A stretch of DNA of 64,000 bases, taken from the NCBI GenBank assembly GCA_019244185.1, contig JAFATB010000025.1, positions 256,001-320,000 of the forward strand. The letters are read 5' to 3'. Origin of the DNA: Acidobacteriota bacterium. Lineage in GTDB: Bacteria > Acidobacteriota > Thermoanaerobaculia > Gp7-AA8. The translations under genes and the position numbers were made by a program. A model generated the notes under the pieces. The model ran no database searches. It saw only the letters and a program-made list of their open reading frames with translations, and was not told the DNA's origin. This document shows, in pieces, positions 36,783-46,981 of the stretch. Each line of letters starts with the position of its first letter. The stretch's first letter is position 1.

Positions 36783-38282
36783 ATGAGAGCAGTCCGCATC
36801 GCAGTCCTGCTCCTGCTCGCGCCGCTGGCCGCGTTCGCGCAGGACCTCGCCTCATTCGAGAAACGGACGACCGTCCGCAAGCTCGACAACGGTCTCACGA
36901 TCATCATCACCGAACGCCACGACGCGCCGGTCTTCTCGTACGCGACGGTGGTCAACGCCGGCTCGGCGCAGGAGAGCGTCGGCATCACCGGCCTCGCGCA
37001 CATGTTCGAGCACATGGCCTTCAAGGGCTCGGACCGCATCGGCACGAGCGACTGGCCGGCCGAGGAGAAAGCGCTGGCGAAAGTCGAAGAGACGTACGCC
37101 GCGTACGACCGCGCGCGCCGTCAGGAAACGAACCGCGACGACGCGAAAGTCGCGGAGCTCGAGAAGGCGTGGCGCGATGCGCTGGCCGAGGCCGACAAGT
37201 ACGTCGTCGACAACGAATTCAGTCAAGTGGTTGACCGTGCCGGCGGCGTGGGCGTGAACGCCTTCACCGCGCAGGACATCACCGCGTACTTTTTCTCGCT
37301 TCCGTCGAACCGCTTCGAGCTGTGGGCGTTCCTCGAGTCGGAGCGCTTGCGCCATCCGGTGTTCCGCCAGTTCTACAAAGAGCGCGACGTGGTCACCGAA
37401 GAGCGGCGGATGCGCGTCGAGAGCGATCCGTTCGGACGTCTCGAAGAGGAGTTCGTCTCGGCGGCCTTCGTCGCGCACCCCTATGGCCTCAGCAGCGGCG
37501 TCGGCTGGCCGTCGGACCTCGCGAGCTTCTCCGCCACCGACGCGGCGGCGTTCTTCAAGAAGTACTACGTGCCGTCGAACATCGTCATCGCCCTCGTCGG
37601 CGACGTGAAGGCGAGCGATGCGATGCCGGTGCTCGAAAAGTACTTCGGCCGCCTGCCGAAGGCGCCCGCGCCGGAGCCGCTGCGCACGGTCGAGCCGCCG
37701 CAGCGCGCGGAACGCACGGTCGTGCTGCGCGAAAGCTCGCAGCCGATCTACATGGAGGGCTACCACCGCCCCGCGTCGACCGATCCGAACAACGCCACGT
37801 ACGACGTCATCTCGATGCTGCTGTCGAGCGGCCGCACGTCGCGGCTCTATCGCTCGCTCGTGCGCGACAAGAAGATCGCCGCGAACGCGGGCGGCGGCAG
37901 CGGCTATCCCGGCGAGAAGTATCCGAACCTCTTCGTCGTGCAGGCAGTGCCGACGCCCGGCCATACGCCTGATGAAGACGCGACGGCGATTCACGCGGAG
38001 CTCGAGCGCCTGAAGACCGAAGACGTTCCCGCGGACGAGCTGCAGTCGGTGAAGACGCGTGTGAAGGCGGGTCTCATCCGCGAGCTCGACAGCAACTCCG
38101 GACTCGCGCTGGAGCTGGCGAGCTATCAGACGTTGTATGGCGACTGGCGCGAGCTGTTCCGCGAAGTGGACCGCATCGATAAAGTCACCGCGGCGGACGT
38201 GAAGCGCGTCGCGACCGAGACGTTCGTGCCGCTGAACCGAACGGTCGGAAAACTCGAGTCGACGCGCGGAGGTGCCAAATGA
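36783..38282 (+). CDS. M16 zinc peptidase, catalytic subunit (exported)
   Basis: Signal peptide; GLAHMFEHMAFKG (HxxEH); NAFT; AGGAGG RBS. Confidence 0.92.
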   Translation: MRAVRIAVLLLLAPLAAFAQDLASFEKRTTVRKLDNGLTIIITERHDAPVFSYATVVNAGSAQESVGITGLAHMFEHMAFKGSDRIGTSDWPAEEKALAKVEETYAAYDRARRQETNRDDAKVAELEKAWRDALAEADKYVVDNEFSQVVDRAGGVGVNAFTAQDITAYFFSLPSNRFELWAFLESERLRHPVFRQFYKERDVVTEERRMRVESDPFGRLEEEFVSAAFVAHPYGLSSGVGWPSDLASFSATDAAAFFKKYYVPSNIVIALVGDVKASDAMPVLEKYFGRLPKAPAPEPLRTVEPPQRAERTVVLRESSQPIYMEGYHRPASTDPNNATYDVISMLLSSGRTSRLYRSLVRDKKIAANAGGGSGYPGEKYPNLFVVQAVPTPGHTPDEDATAIHAELERLKTEDVPADELQSVKTRVKAGLIRELDSNSGLALELASYQTLYGDWRELFREVDRIDKVTAADVKRVATETFVPLNRTVGKLESTRGGAK

Positions 38283-39715
38283 AAACGCTGCGAACGAGCC
38301 TCGCCCTACTGCTCGCCGCCGTGACCGCGTCCGCGTTCGCGCAGGCGACGAGCTATCGCGACATCAAGACGCCGCCGCTGCGCAGCTTCGCCATGCCGCA
38401 GCCGAAACGGATCGCGCTGCCGAACGGCATGGTGATCTTTCTCGAAGAAGACCACGAGCTGCCTTTGATCTCCGGACGCGCGCTCATCCGCGGTGGCGCG
38501 CGCGACGTCGCTCCCGACAAAGCCGGTCTCGCCGGCATTCTCAGCGCCTCCTGGCGCACCGGCGGCACGCAGTCGCAGACCGGCGATCAGCTCGACGACT
38601 TCCTCGCCGCGCGCGCCGCGTCCGTCGAGACGGGCGTCGGCAGCGACTCGGCATCCGTGTCGATGAGCCCCCTCAAGGGCGATCTCGACGCGGTCTTCCC
38701 GATCTGGCTCGACATCCTGCGCAATCCGGCGTTCCGCGCCGAGAAGATCGAGCTCGCGAAGACGCAGGCCGGCGCCGGCATCGCGCGCCGCAACGACAAC
38801 CCCGGCTCCATCGCCGGACGCGAGACGACGAAGCTCGGCTACGGCAGCAACTCGCCGTACGCGCGGCAGTCGGAGTACGCGACCCTCGCCTCAATCACGC
38901 GCGACGACCTCGTCGCGTTCCACCAGCGCTTCGTCCATCCGAACGACATCATCGTGTCGTTCATCGGCGACTTCGACGCCGCCGCGATGGAGCAGCGTCT
39001 GCGCGCCGCGTTCGCCTCGTGGCCGCGCGGACCGCAGGCGCCGAAAGCGCCGTCCGCGTTCGCGAACGCCGCGAAGCCGGGCCTCTACTTCATCGCGAAA
39101 GATGAAGTGACGCAGGCGAACATCTCGATGGTGCATCCCGGCACCACGCGCGACAACCCCGACTACCCCGCGCTCGCGGTCCTGAACGAGATCTTCAGCG
39201 GCGGCTTCTCGGGACGCCTGATGACGAACCTCCGCTCGCAGAAGGGGCTGACGTACGGCGTGGGCGGCGGCGTCGGCGCGAACTGGGATTACCCCGGCCT
39301 CTTCCGCGTGTCGATGGCGACCAAGAGCGGCTCGACGCTGGAGTCGCTCGCGGCGCTGCGCGCGGAGGTCGCGAAGCTGACCACCGCGCCGGTCACCGAA
39401 CAGGAACTGTCGCTGGCGAAGGAGTCGATCCTCAACGCGTTCGTCTTCCAGATGGACACGCGCGCGAAGGCGCTCTCGCAGCGCGTGCTGCTCGAGTTCT
39501 ACGGCTATCCCGCTGATTGGTACACCACGTATCCGGCGAAGATCGAGAAGGTCACCGCCGCCGACGTGCAGCGCGTCGCCAAAAAGTACGTGCATCCCGA
39601 TCAGCTGGCGGTGCTCGTGGTCGGCAACGAGGCCGACTTCGAGAAGCCGCTCGCGTCGGTCGGCACGATCACGCCGATCGACATCACCATTCCGGAGCCG
39701 CCGCAAACGCACTGA
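38279..39715 (+). CDS. M16 peptidase, non-catalytic subunit
   Basis: Signal peptide; M16-type motifs without HxxEH; RSQKGLTY; ATGA overlap. Confidence 0.9.
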   Translation: MKTLRTSLALLLAAVTASAFAQATSYRDIKTPPLRSFAMPQPKRIALPNGMVIFLEEDHELPLISGRALIRGGARDVAPDKAGLAGILSASWRTGGTQSQTGDQLDDFLAARAASVETGVGSDSASVSMSPLKGDLDAVFPIWLDILRNPAFRAEKIELAKTQAGAGIARRNDNPGSIAGRETTKLGYGSNSPYARQSEYATLASITRDDLVAFHQRFVHPNDIIVSFIGDFDAAAMEQRLRAAFASWPRGPQAPKAPSAFANAAKPGLYFIAKDEVTQANISMVHPGTTRDNPDYPALAVLNEIFSGGFSGRLMTNLRSQKGLTYGVGGGVGANWDYPGLFRVSMATKSGSTLESLAALRAEVAKLTTAPVTEQELSLAKESILNAFVFQMDTRAKALSQRVLLEFYGYPADWYTTYPAKIEKVTAADVQRVAKKYVHPDQLAVLVVGNEADFEKPLASVGTITPIDITIPEPPQTH

Positions 39716-39721
39716 CGCGGG

Positions 39722-40465
39722 TCACGCGTTCCAGCGCATCCGCAACGCACGCACACGCGTCCTGCCGACGGGAAGCAACGTCCCGTCGGCAAGACGCACC
39801 GCGTAGCGCGAGCCTTCCTGCGCGATGAGGCGCTCGATGTGGCGGACGTCGACGAGAAACGATTTGTGGATGCGCTCGAAGCGCGCCGGCAGCAGCTGCT
39901 GGATGCGGTCGAGCAATCGGTCATCGCGCACGACGCGGCCGCGCGTCAGTACGAGCTCGGAGTGCGGACCGGCGCCGCGCACGTAGACGATGTCCGCGAT
40001 GGCGACGAAGCGCGTTTCGCCGCCGTCGCGCACGCCGAAGAGCCGCGGTCGCCGCGGCGCGAATTCGAGCGCGCGGCGCAATGCGATCTCGAGCCGCTCG
40101 CGGCCGAACGGCTTCGGCACGAAGTCGCGGATGCCGAGCTCGAAGGCTTCGAGCGCGCGGTCGGTGTGCGCGGAGACGACGACCGTCGGACACGCGCGTA
40201 GCGCGGGATCGCGCAGCAGGTCGAAGCCGTCACGCCCTTCGAGATTGAGGTCGAGCACGAGGACGTCGGGCGCGACTTCGGCGACGGCCTCGCGCGCGTC
40301 GTCGATGCTGCCGGCGATGCGCACGGTCGCGGCGGGGCCGAGGATGTCGGTGGTGAGGCGCGCGACCCGGCGCGCGATCACTTCCTCGTCTTCGGCGATC
40401 ACTACACGGGAACTTCGATCGTCGTGCGCCAATGCGCTCCTTTCGCTTCGCTCGTGAGCGACCAC
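39722..40465 (-). CDS. LytTR family response regulator
   Basis: IAEDE, LDLNL, KPF, FERIHKSFLV; start uncertain. Confidence 0.88.
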   Translation of the reverse strand: MVAHERSERSALAHDDRSSRVVIAEDEEVIARRVARLTTDILGPAATVRIAGSIDDAREAVAEVAPDVLVLDLNLEGRDGFDLLRDPALRACPTVVVSAHTDRALEAFELGIRDFVPKPFGRERLEIALRRALEFAPRRPRLFGVRDGGETRFVAIADIVYVRGAGPHSELVLTRGRVVRDDRLLDRIQQLLPARFERIHKSFLVDVRHIERLIAQEGSRYAVRLADGTLLPVGRTRVRALRMRWNA

Positions 40466-42081
40466 TTGCCGGGATAGCGTTCCTCGAGCCGCGCCTTCAC
40501 GTAGCGCAGGCCCGTCCCTTCCGGCGCCGCGTGCGCGGCAGGCGTGTCGCCGAGGGGCGCGTCGAAGACGTAGCGGCGCGCGTGGGGGCGGCGGTCGACG
40601 GAGAGGACGAACTCGACCTCGTCGGCGCGGTAGCGGTTGTGCGTGAGCGCGTTCTCGACGAGCGTGTGCAGCACCGCGGGCGGAATCGTGGCCGCGGCAT
40701 CGACACCGTCCGCGCGCAGGTGAAAGCGCTTCGCCTTGCGCGCGCTCATGACCGCGAGATGCGAGCGGCAGAGCGCGAGCTCGTCGGCCAGCGGAATCGC
40801 GGCGTCATGCGCAATCTTCGAGAAGAGCCGCAGCTCATCGGCGAATGCTTCGAGGAAACCGACGCCCGCCGCGGGATCGTGCTCGATCCACTCCATGACC
40901 GCGGTCAACGTGTTCATCACGAAGTGCGGCTCGATGGTCTTGCGCAGCAGCGCGAGCTCGAGGCTCGCGCGCTCGCGCCGTTCGCGCCGCAGCTCGATGG
41001 CCATGCTGACGAGGAGGCACGCGATGGCCGCGCAGAATGCGATGAAGAACGCGTTGTCGCTGAAGCGAAAGCCGAAGCGCACGAGCGCCGCGACGAGGAT
41101 CGCCAGCGCGACGATGCCCGGCACGGCGCGCCGCGTCTGCGCGCGCGCGGCGACGGCCAGCGCCGGCGCGGAGAGCAGCATCGACGTCTGAAACAGCAGC
41201 AGACAGCGGTCGTCGGATGCGTTCGGAATGAAGGCAACCGCCGCGAGCACGAGCGCGAAGGAGGTGAGCCAGACGCGCGGGCGGCGCAGCTCGAGCTCGA
41301 GCGCGAAGAACGCCGGCAGCAGCAGCGACACGCAGAACGTGAGCGCCGTGATGATCGCGATGCGCAGCGGCTGCACGTCGTACGCGTAGCCGACCGTCCA
41401 GCGCCACGTCTCCGCGACCGCGAGCAGCGCCGCGGCGAAACAGAGCAGCGCGAACGTCAGCATCGCGCCGCGGCGCCGGCTGGCGAAGCTCAGCGTGACG
41501 TAGTAGATGCCGATGACGACGAACACCGCGAAGCCGGACAGCGGCACGACTTGTCCGACGATGCGGCTGCGCAGCATCCGCTCGTAGTCGCCGATGACCA
41601 CGCCCTGAAACCACGTCACGCGCACATCGGGATGGGCGACGCGGATCTCGAGCGCGTGCGGCCCCGCCCTCGCGAGCGCGGCCGGCAGCACGTAGAAGTT
41701 GTCCAGCGGACCGGCCGCGTCGATCGTGCCGCTGCGGCCGATGCGCCGCCCGTCCCAGAACGTCTCGGAACGCGCGAGCATCGAGACGTACACGCAGCGC
41801 GTCCGCTCGGTGGTCGTTGTCAGCGTCACCGTCTGCCGCATCACGAACGCGTCCGCGCGCGGGCGCCAGACGTACGGCGAGGCGACCACGTTGTCGCTGT
41901 CGTCGCCAATGGTAAAGACGTTGACCGCCTGCTCCGCGCCGGCGAAACGGGTGGCCTGATCGCCCGACGGGGTGGGACCGACGATCAGCAGCCCGACCGC
42001 CGCGGCCAGCACGAGCGGCACGGCCGCGAGGATCGCCGGCGCGATGGTGCGAGACGTTCGTTTTCTCCACGAGCCGTTCAT
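40402..42081 (-). CDS. LytS-type membrane histidine kinase
   Basis: Several TM segments; EPHFVMNTL, LADEL, LHTLVENA, GTGL. Confidence 0.88.
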   Translation of the reverse strand: MNGSWRKRTSRTIAPAILAAVPLVLAAAVGLLIVGPTPSGDQATRFAGAEQAVNVFTIGDDSDNVVASPYVWRPRADAFVMRQTVTLTTTTERTRCVYVSMLARSETFWDGRRIGRSGTIDAAGPLDNFYVLPAALARAGPHALEIRVAHPDVRVTWFQGVVIGDYERMLRSRIVGQVVPLSGFAVFVVIGIYYVTLSFASRRRGAMLTFALLCFAAALLAVAETWRWTVGYAYDVQPLRIAIITALTFCVSLLLPAFFALELELRRPRVWLTSFALVLAAVAFIPNASDDRCLLLFQTSMLLSAPALAVAARAQTRRAVPGIVALAILVAALVRFGFRFSDNAFFIAFCAAIACLLVSMAIELRRERRERASLELALLRKTIEPHFVMNTLTAVMEWIEHDPAAGVGFLEAFADELRLFSKIAHDAAIPLADELALCRSHLAVMSARKAKRFHLRADGVDAAATIPPAVLHTLVENALTHNRYRADEVEFVLSVDRRPHARRYVFDAPLGDTPAAHAAPEGTGLRYVKARLEERYPGKWSLTSEAKGAHWRTTIEVPV

Positions 42082-42127
42082 TGCCTGTCGTTCGAGGTTT
42101 GCGCCCGATGCTCGCACAATCCCACGC

Positions 42128-43432
42128 ATGAATACGAAAACATTCGTCGTTAGTTTGCTCCTCGCGTTTCAGGCGCTCGCGGGAACGCCGACGACCGCGA
42201 AGATCGATGCCATCGTGAAGCCGCTCGTCGAGCGGAACGCCTTCAGCGGCGTCGTCCTCGCGGCCAAAGGCGACCGCGTGCTCGTGCAGAAGGCGTACGG
42301 CATGGCCAACTACGAATTCGGCGTGGCCAACGCGCCCGACACGCGCTTCGCCATCGCGTCGGTGACCAAGCGCTTCACCGCGGTCATCCTTCAGCATCTC
42401 TTCGACGAGAAGAAGCTCGCGCCGTCCGATCCGCTCGCGAAGTGGGTGCCGGACTTTCCGTCGGCGTCTGCGATCACGGTCGAGCAGCTGATGCGCCACC
42501 GCTCCGGCGTGCGCGATCCCGAGAAACTGCGCGGCATCATCCGCCAGAACTTCACGACCGCCGAGGTCGTCGACGCGCTGAAGAGCGAGCCGCTCGGCAG
42601 CAAGCCGGGCGAGGAGTATTCGTACACGACCGCGAACTACGCGATCCTCGCGCACATCATCGAGCGCGTCACCGGCAAGTCGTACGCGGCGGTCGCGCAG
42701 CAGTACATCTACGGCCCTGCTGGGATGAAAGACTCCGGCGAGCTGACGAGGACGACCGTCGTGCCGCGCCTCGCCACCGGCTACATGCCCGACGCGTTCG
42801 GAAACGGCATGTCCGTCTGCGGGCCGGAAGACACGTCGTGGAAGGCGGGCGGCGGCTCGTCGTACTCGACCGCCCCGGACCTGCATCGCTTCGCGCGCGC
42901 GCTCTATACGGGAAAGCTGCTGCCGATGAACGAGGTCGCGTCGTCGTGGCAGACATCGAAGATGTTCGACAAGCCGGTGATGAATCTCAGCGGCGCGTTC
43001 CCCGGCGCCGGCGCGAATGTTCTCTACTTTCCCGATGACGAGGTCACCGTCGTCGTGCTGACGAACAACTACGCGACGACGGCGGGCGGAGTCGCGCAGT
43101 CGATCGCCGCGATGCTGTTCGATCGGCCGTACACGATTCCGTCCGTCACGCTCGCCGCCGATCCCTACCGCCCGCCCGACCCGCGGCTCGAAGGCCACTA
43201 CCGCGTCGAGGGACATCCGTGGACGTTCACGCTGTCGATCCGCGACGGGCGCGGGCTCGTGACGTGGGCGCGCATCCGCCAGTCGGCGCTGCTGCGCGTC
43301 TCCGACGACACGTGGTTCGAGCCGCTCGACTGGGCCACGCTGCAGTTGAAGACCGACGCCGACGGCAACTTCAGTGAGGGGTGGTTCCGTTATCCCGGGC
43401 TCGAGCCGGCGAAGGTCGTGCGCGAGCCGTGA
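42128..43432 (+). CDS. serine hydrolase (beta-lactamase class C-like), exported
   Basis: Signal peptide; IASVTKRF (SxxK); PGEEYSY. Confidence 0.9.
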   Translation: MNTKTFVVSLLLAFQALAGTPTTAKIDAIVKPLVERNAFSGVVLAAKGDRVLVQKAYGMANYEFGVANAPDTRFAIASVTKRFTAVILQHLFDEKKLAPSDPLAKWVPDFPSASAITVEQLMRHRSGVRDPEKLRGIIRQNFTTAEVVDALKSEPLGSKPGEEYSYTTANYAILAHIIERVTGKSYAAVAQQYIYGPAGMKDSGELTRTTVVPRLATGYMPDAFGNGMSVCGPEDTSWKAGGGSSYSTAPDLHRFARALYTGKLLPMNEVASSWQTSKMFDKPVMNLSGAFPGAGANVLYFPDDEVTVVVLTNNYATTAGGVAQSIAAMLFDRPYTIPSVTLAADPYRPPDPRLEGHYRVEGHPWTFTLSIRDGRGLVTWARIRQSALLRVSDDTWFEPLDWATLQLKTDADGNFSEGWFRYPGLEPAKVVREP

Positions 43433-43441
43433 CGCTTCCCT

Positions 43442-43657
43442 CTACTGCGGCGCGCCGCCGCCGCGCGCGGCCTGGACTTCTTTCACGAGGCGCACGAGCG
43501 TCACCGTGACCTCGTGCAGCGCGTGGATCAACCCGACCTGGAACGCCGTCGGCGGCTCGCCGGCGGCGCACGCGCAGACGTTGCAGGGGCCGCCGCGCCC
43601 GCCGTCGTGGCCATCGATCGGATGTCCGCACGCACACGAATCTTTACCGAGTTGCAT
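43442..43657 (-). CDS. small Cys/His-rich protein (71 aa)
   Basis: GGAGGGAGG RBS; MQLGKDSCACGH...H...CNVCAC followed by an amphipathic helix. Confidence 0.6.
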   Translation of the reverse strand: MQLGKDSCACGHPIDGHDGGRGGPCNVCACAAGEPPTAFQVGLIHALHEVTVTLVRLVKEVQAARGGGAPQ

Positions 43658-43693
43658 CCGAGGCCTCCCTCCGCGGCCTCTAAGATACCTCGC

Positions 43694-46102
43694 ATGGACC
43701 GCCGCGGATTCGGCATCTTCCTCCTCGCGCTCGCCGCCTGCTCGACGACACCTTCTCATCCGCTCCACCTCGAGGACGAAGCCGATGCGGCCGCCGCCTA
43801 CGCCGCCGCGAAACGCAGCGGCACCGGCGATCTCGAACGCAGCTACGCCGTCGCGCGCGACGCCATGGCGCGCATGCCGCGCTACGCCACGGGCTCCGAG
43901 GAATCGACCGCGTCGCCCCGCGTCGCGACGAACGACTTCCGCCCTCTCAGCACCTGGACGTTCCTCGGCCCCGGCAACATCGGCGGGCGCACGCGCGCGT
44001 TCGTCATCGACCCGAGCGACACGTTGAGGCTGTACGCGGGCGGCGTCTCTGGCGGCATCTGGCGGACCAACAACGGCGGCGCGCAATGGACGCCGGTCGG
44101 CGACGCGCTGTCGAACATCGCCGTCAACGCTCTCGTCATGCATCCTGTGAATCACGACGTGCTCTACGCCGGCACCGGCGAGGGCTACTTCCGCGAGGAC
44201 GTGCGCGGGACCGGGCTGCCGCTGCGCGGCGACGGCATCTACGTGACGCGCGACCGCGGCACCACGTGGACGCAAATCCCATCGACCGCCAACGAGAACT
44301 TCTACTTCGTCAACAGCTTGACCATCAGCACGCACGATCCCTCGCGCATGTACGCGGCCACGCGCACCGGCGTCTGGCGCTCGAACGACGGCGGCGAGCA
44401 GTGGACGCGCGTCCTCGACCCGCACGTGAACGGCGGCTGCCTCCAGCTCGCGTTCCGCGGCGACACCGCCAACGACTTCCTCTTCGCCTCGTGCGGCACG
44501 CTCGCGCAGGCCACCGTCTATCGCGCGCGTGCCGCCGAGACCGAAGCGGCGTGGGAGCCGGTGCTGTCGAACACGAATCAGGGACTGACGTCGCTCGCCA
44601 TCGCGCCGTCGAATCCCTCCGTCGTCTACGCGCTCGCCGCGAGCAATCAGCCGGGCAACTTCAATCAGGGACTGCTCGCCGTCTATCGCTCCGAGCACGA
44701 AGGCGACGCCGGCTCGTGGGAGCCGCGCGCGACGAACAACGGCACGGACTTCGTGGCCACGATGCTGCTCACGAATCCGAGCGGGATGTGCGCACCCGAG
44801 CAGCAGTTCTATACGACCATGGGCTGGTACTGCAACGTGATCGCGGTCGATCCGGTCGACGCGAATCGCGTCTGGGCCGCGGGCGTCGATCTCTTCCGCT
44901 CCGACGACGGCGGCGTGACGTGGGGCCGCGCGTCATCGTGGGAAGCGGAAGGGAACCCATGGTTCGTGCACGCCGATCAGCACGCGATCGTTTTCGATCC
45001 GTACTACGACGGCGCGTCGAACCGCACGCTCTACACCACCAGCGACGGCGGCGTCTTCCGCACGCTCAACGCCGTGGCGCCCGTCGGCACCGGAAAGACG
45101 GCCGCCTGTAGTTCCGGAATGGAGCAGATGGAGTTCGAGTCGCTGAACCACAACTATGGCGTGACGCAGTTCTATCACGGCGCCGTGTTCCCCGACGGCA
45201 GGCACTTCGTCGGCGGCGCGCAGGACAACGGCACGCTCTTCGGGACCTTCGGCGAGGCAGATGACTGGCAGCGCTGGCTCGGCGGCGACGGCGGCTACGT
45301 GGCCATCGATCCGCAGGATCCGACGACGATGTACGCCGAGTCGCAGTGGGCCAACATCGAGAAGCTGACCCACAGCCTGCCGTTCTTCATCCCCGCCTCG
45401 GACGGTCTCTCCGACGATTTCCTCTTCGTGACGCCGTTCGTCCTCGATGCGAACGATTCGAAGCGCCTCTGGACCGGCGGGCGCCGCCTCTGGCGCACCG
45501 ACAACCGCGCGACGTTGTGGCGCGCCGCGTCCACCGCTCTTCCGGCGCAGGTCTCCGCGGTCGCCGTCGCGCCGGGCAACTCGAAGCGCGTGCTCGCCGG
45601 CACGACCGCCGGTCACATCGCGCGCAATGACACCGCAACCACCGCGAACGGTTTCACGACGTGGACGCTCGTGCAGCCGCGCGTGGGCTGGATCTCGTCG
45701 ATTACCTTCGATCCGTCCGATCAGAACGTCGTCTACGCGACGTTCGCCGGCTTCGGCGGTGGCGCGCACGTCTGGCGCTCGCTCGACGGCGGCGCGACGT
45801 GGAGCGCGCGCGACGGCAGCGGCGACGCCGCGCTGCCCGACATCCCCGTGCATTCGCTCGCCGTCGATCCCACTCACCGCGACCACCTCTACCTCGGCAC
45901 CGACCTCGGCGTCTTCGTCTCGCTCGACAGCGGCGACACCTGGGCCGTCGAGAACACCGGCTTCGCCGCGGTCGTCACCGAATGGGTCACCGTCGCTCCG
46001 GGCGCGCGCGGCCCCGCGGTCTACGCGTTCACGCACGGACGCGGCGCGTGGCGCGCGGAGCTCACGGCGACGGGTCCGCGGCATCGCGGCGTGCGGCACT
46101 GA
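43694..46102 (+). CDS. BNR/Asp-box beta-propeller lipoprotein (GH74/VPS10-like)
   Basis: Lipobox LAAC; GPGNIGGR; repeated SxDGGxTW; HADQH; THGRG. Confidence 0.85.
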   Translation: MDRRGFGIFLLALAACSTTPSHPLHLEDEADAAAAYAAAKRSGTGDLERSYAVARDAMARMPRYATGSEESTASPRVATNDFRPLSTWTFLGPGNIGGRTRAFVIDPSDTLRLYAGGVSGGIWRTNNGGAQWTPVGDALSNIAVNALVMHPVNHDVLYAGTGEGYFREDVRGTGLPLRGDGIYVTRDRGTTWTQIPSTANENFYFVNSLTISTHDPSRMYAATRTGVWRSNDGGEQWTRVLDPHVNGGCLQLAFRGDTANDFLFASCGTLAQATVYRARAAETEAAWEPVLSNTNQGLTSLAIAPSNPSVVYALAASNQPGNFNQGLLAVYRSEHEGDAGSWEPRATNNGTDFVATMLLTNPSGMCAPEQQFYTTMGWYCNVIAVDPVDANRVWAAGVDLFRSDDGGVTWGRASSWEAEGNPWFVHADQHAIVFDPYYDGASNRTLYTTSDGGVFRTLNAVAPVGTGKTAACSSGMEQMEFESLNHNYGVTQFYHGAVFPDGRHFVGGAQDNGTLFGTFGEADDWQRWLGGDGGYVAIDPQDPTTMYAESQWANIEKLTHSLPFFIPASDGLSDDFLFVTPFVLDANDSKRLWTGGRRLWRTDNRATLWRAASTALPAQVSAVAVAPGNSKRVLAGTTAGHIARNDTATTANGFTTWTLVQPRVGWISSITFDPSDQNVVYATFAGFGGGAHVWRSLDGGATWSARDGSGDAALPDIPVHSLAVDPTHRDHLYLGTDLGVFVSLDSGDTWAVENTGFAAVVTEWVTVAPGARGPAVYAFTHGRGAWRAELTATGPRHRGVRH

Positions 46103-46111
46103 TCGTATGGA

Positions 46112-46876
46112 TTACCAGGCATCGGCGATGCGCCGCGCGATCAGCGCGTAGCCTTCGCCGTTCGGATGAAAGCGATCGGCGGACAGGCGGTCGCGATGCG
46201 CGAAGAGATCGGCGGTCGGCACGAGCGTGAAGTTCGGATCGCCGCCGAACCGCGTCGAGAGCCGCGCGTTCCAGCGGTTGACGAGCGGCGTGAGCGCGCC
46301 GCCCTGCGGCGTCAGCGCGAAGGGGTTGTAGAGACCGATGAAGAAAATCCGCGCGCGCGGGTTCGCGGCGCGGACGCGCGCCAGGATCGCCGCGATGCGG
46401 TCGAGCACCGCCGCCATCGTGCGCTCCGGATCGGGCGGCGGCGCGTTGCGCCAGTCGGTGCCGCCCCACAGATCGTTGCCGCCGATCGAGACGACGATCG
46501 CGTTCGAGTCGCGCATCAGCTGCTGCACGTTCGCGCGATTCACGACGGTCAGCAAGTCGGGCGTGCGCGCGCCGTTCACGCCGAGGTTCCAGCTGCGGCG
46601 CGCGCGGACGTGGCGGCGACGCAGCTCATCGTCGAGACGGCCACCGATGCCGAGTCCCGTTTCGTCGCCCGTGCCGTGCGCGAGCGAATCGCCGAGGATC
46701 AGCGGAGAGACGAGCGATGCGTTGGGCGCGGAGGTTTGTGCCGCGGCCGCCGCCATCGCGAGCTGCACCGGCTCGCCGGTATCGCCGCGCAGATAGCTCG
46801 CGAAACCGTAGCCGAACACCGCCACCGCGACGAGCGCGGCGACGAGAGGGAGGTACCAGAAGAGCGCGCGCCGCAT
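46112..46876 (-). CDS. SGNH/GDSL hydrolase
   Basis: LGDSL, IGGND, DRFHPN; N-terminal TM segment. Confidence 0.9.
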   Translation of the reverse strand: MRRALFWYLPLVAALVAVAVFGYGFASYLRGDTGEPVQLAMAAAAAQTSAPNASLVSPLILGDSLAHGTGDETGLGIGGRLDDELRRRHVRARRSWNLGVNGARTPDLLTVVNRANVQQLMRDSNAIVVSIGGNDLWGGTDWRNAPPPDPERTMAAVLDRIAAILARVRAANPRARIFFIGLYNPFALTPQGGALTPLVNRWNARLSTRFGGDPNFTLVPTADLFAHRDRLSADRFHPNGEGYALIARRIADAW

Positions 46877-46981
46877 CGCGGGCGACGGTACCACAGCGCT
46901 AAGGCGCCGCCCGCGTACGTCGGTGCGCGCCGACGCACGAAGAACTCCGCGTCGCGCGCGGCTTGCGATAACGTCCGCACG

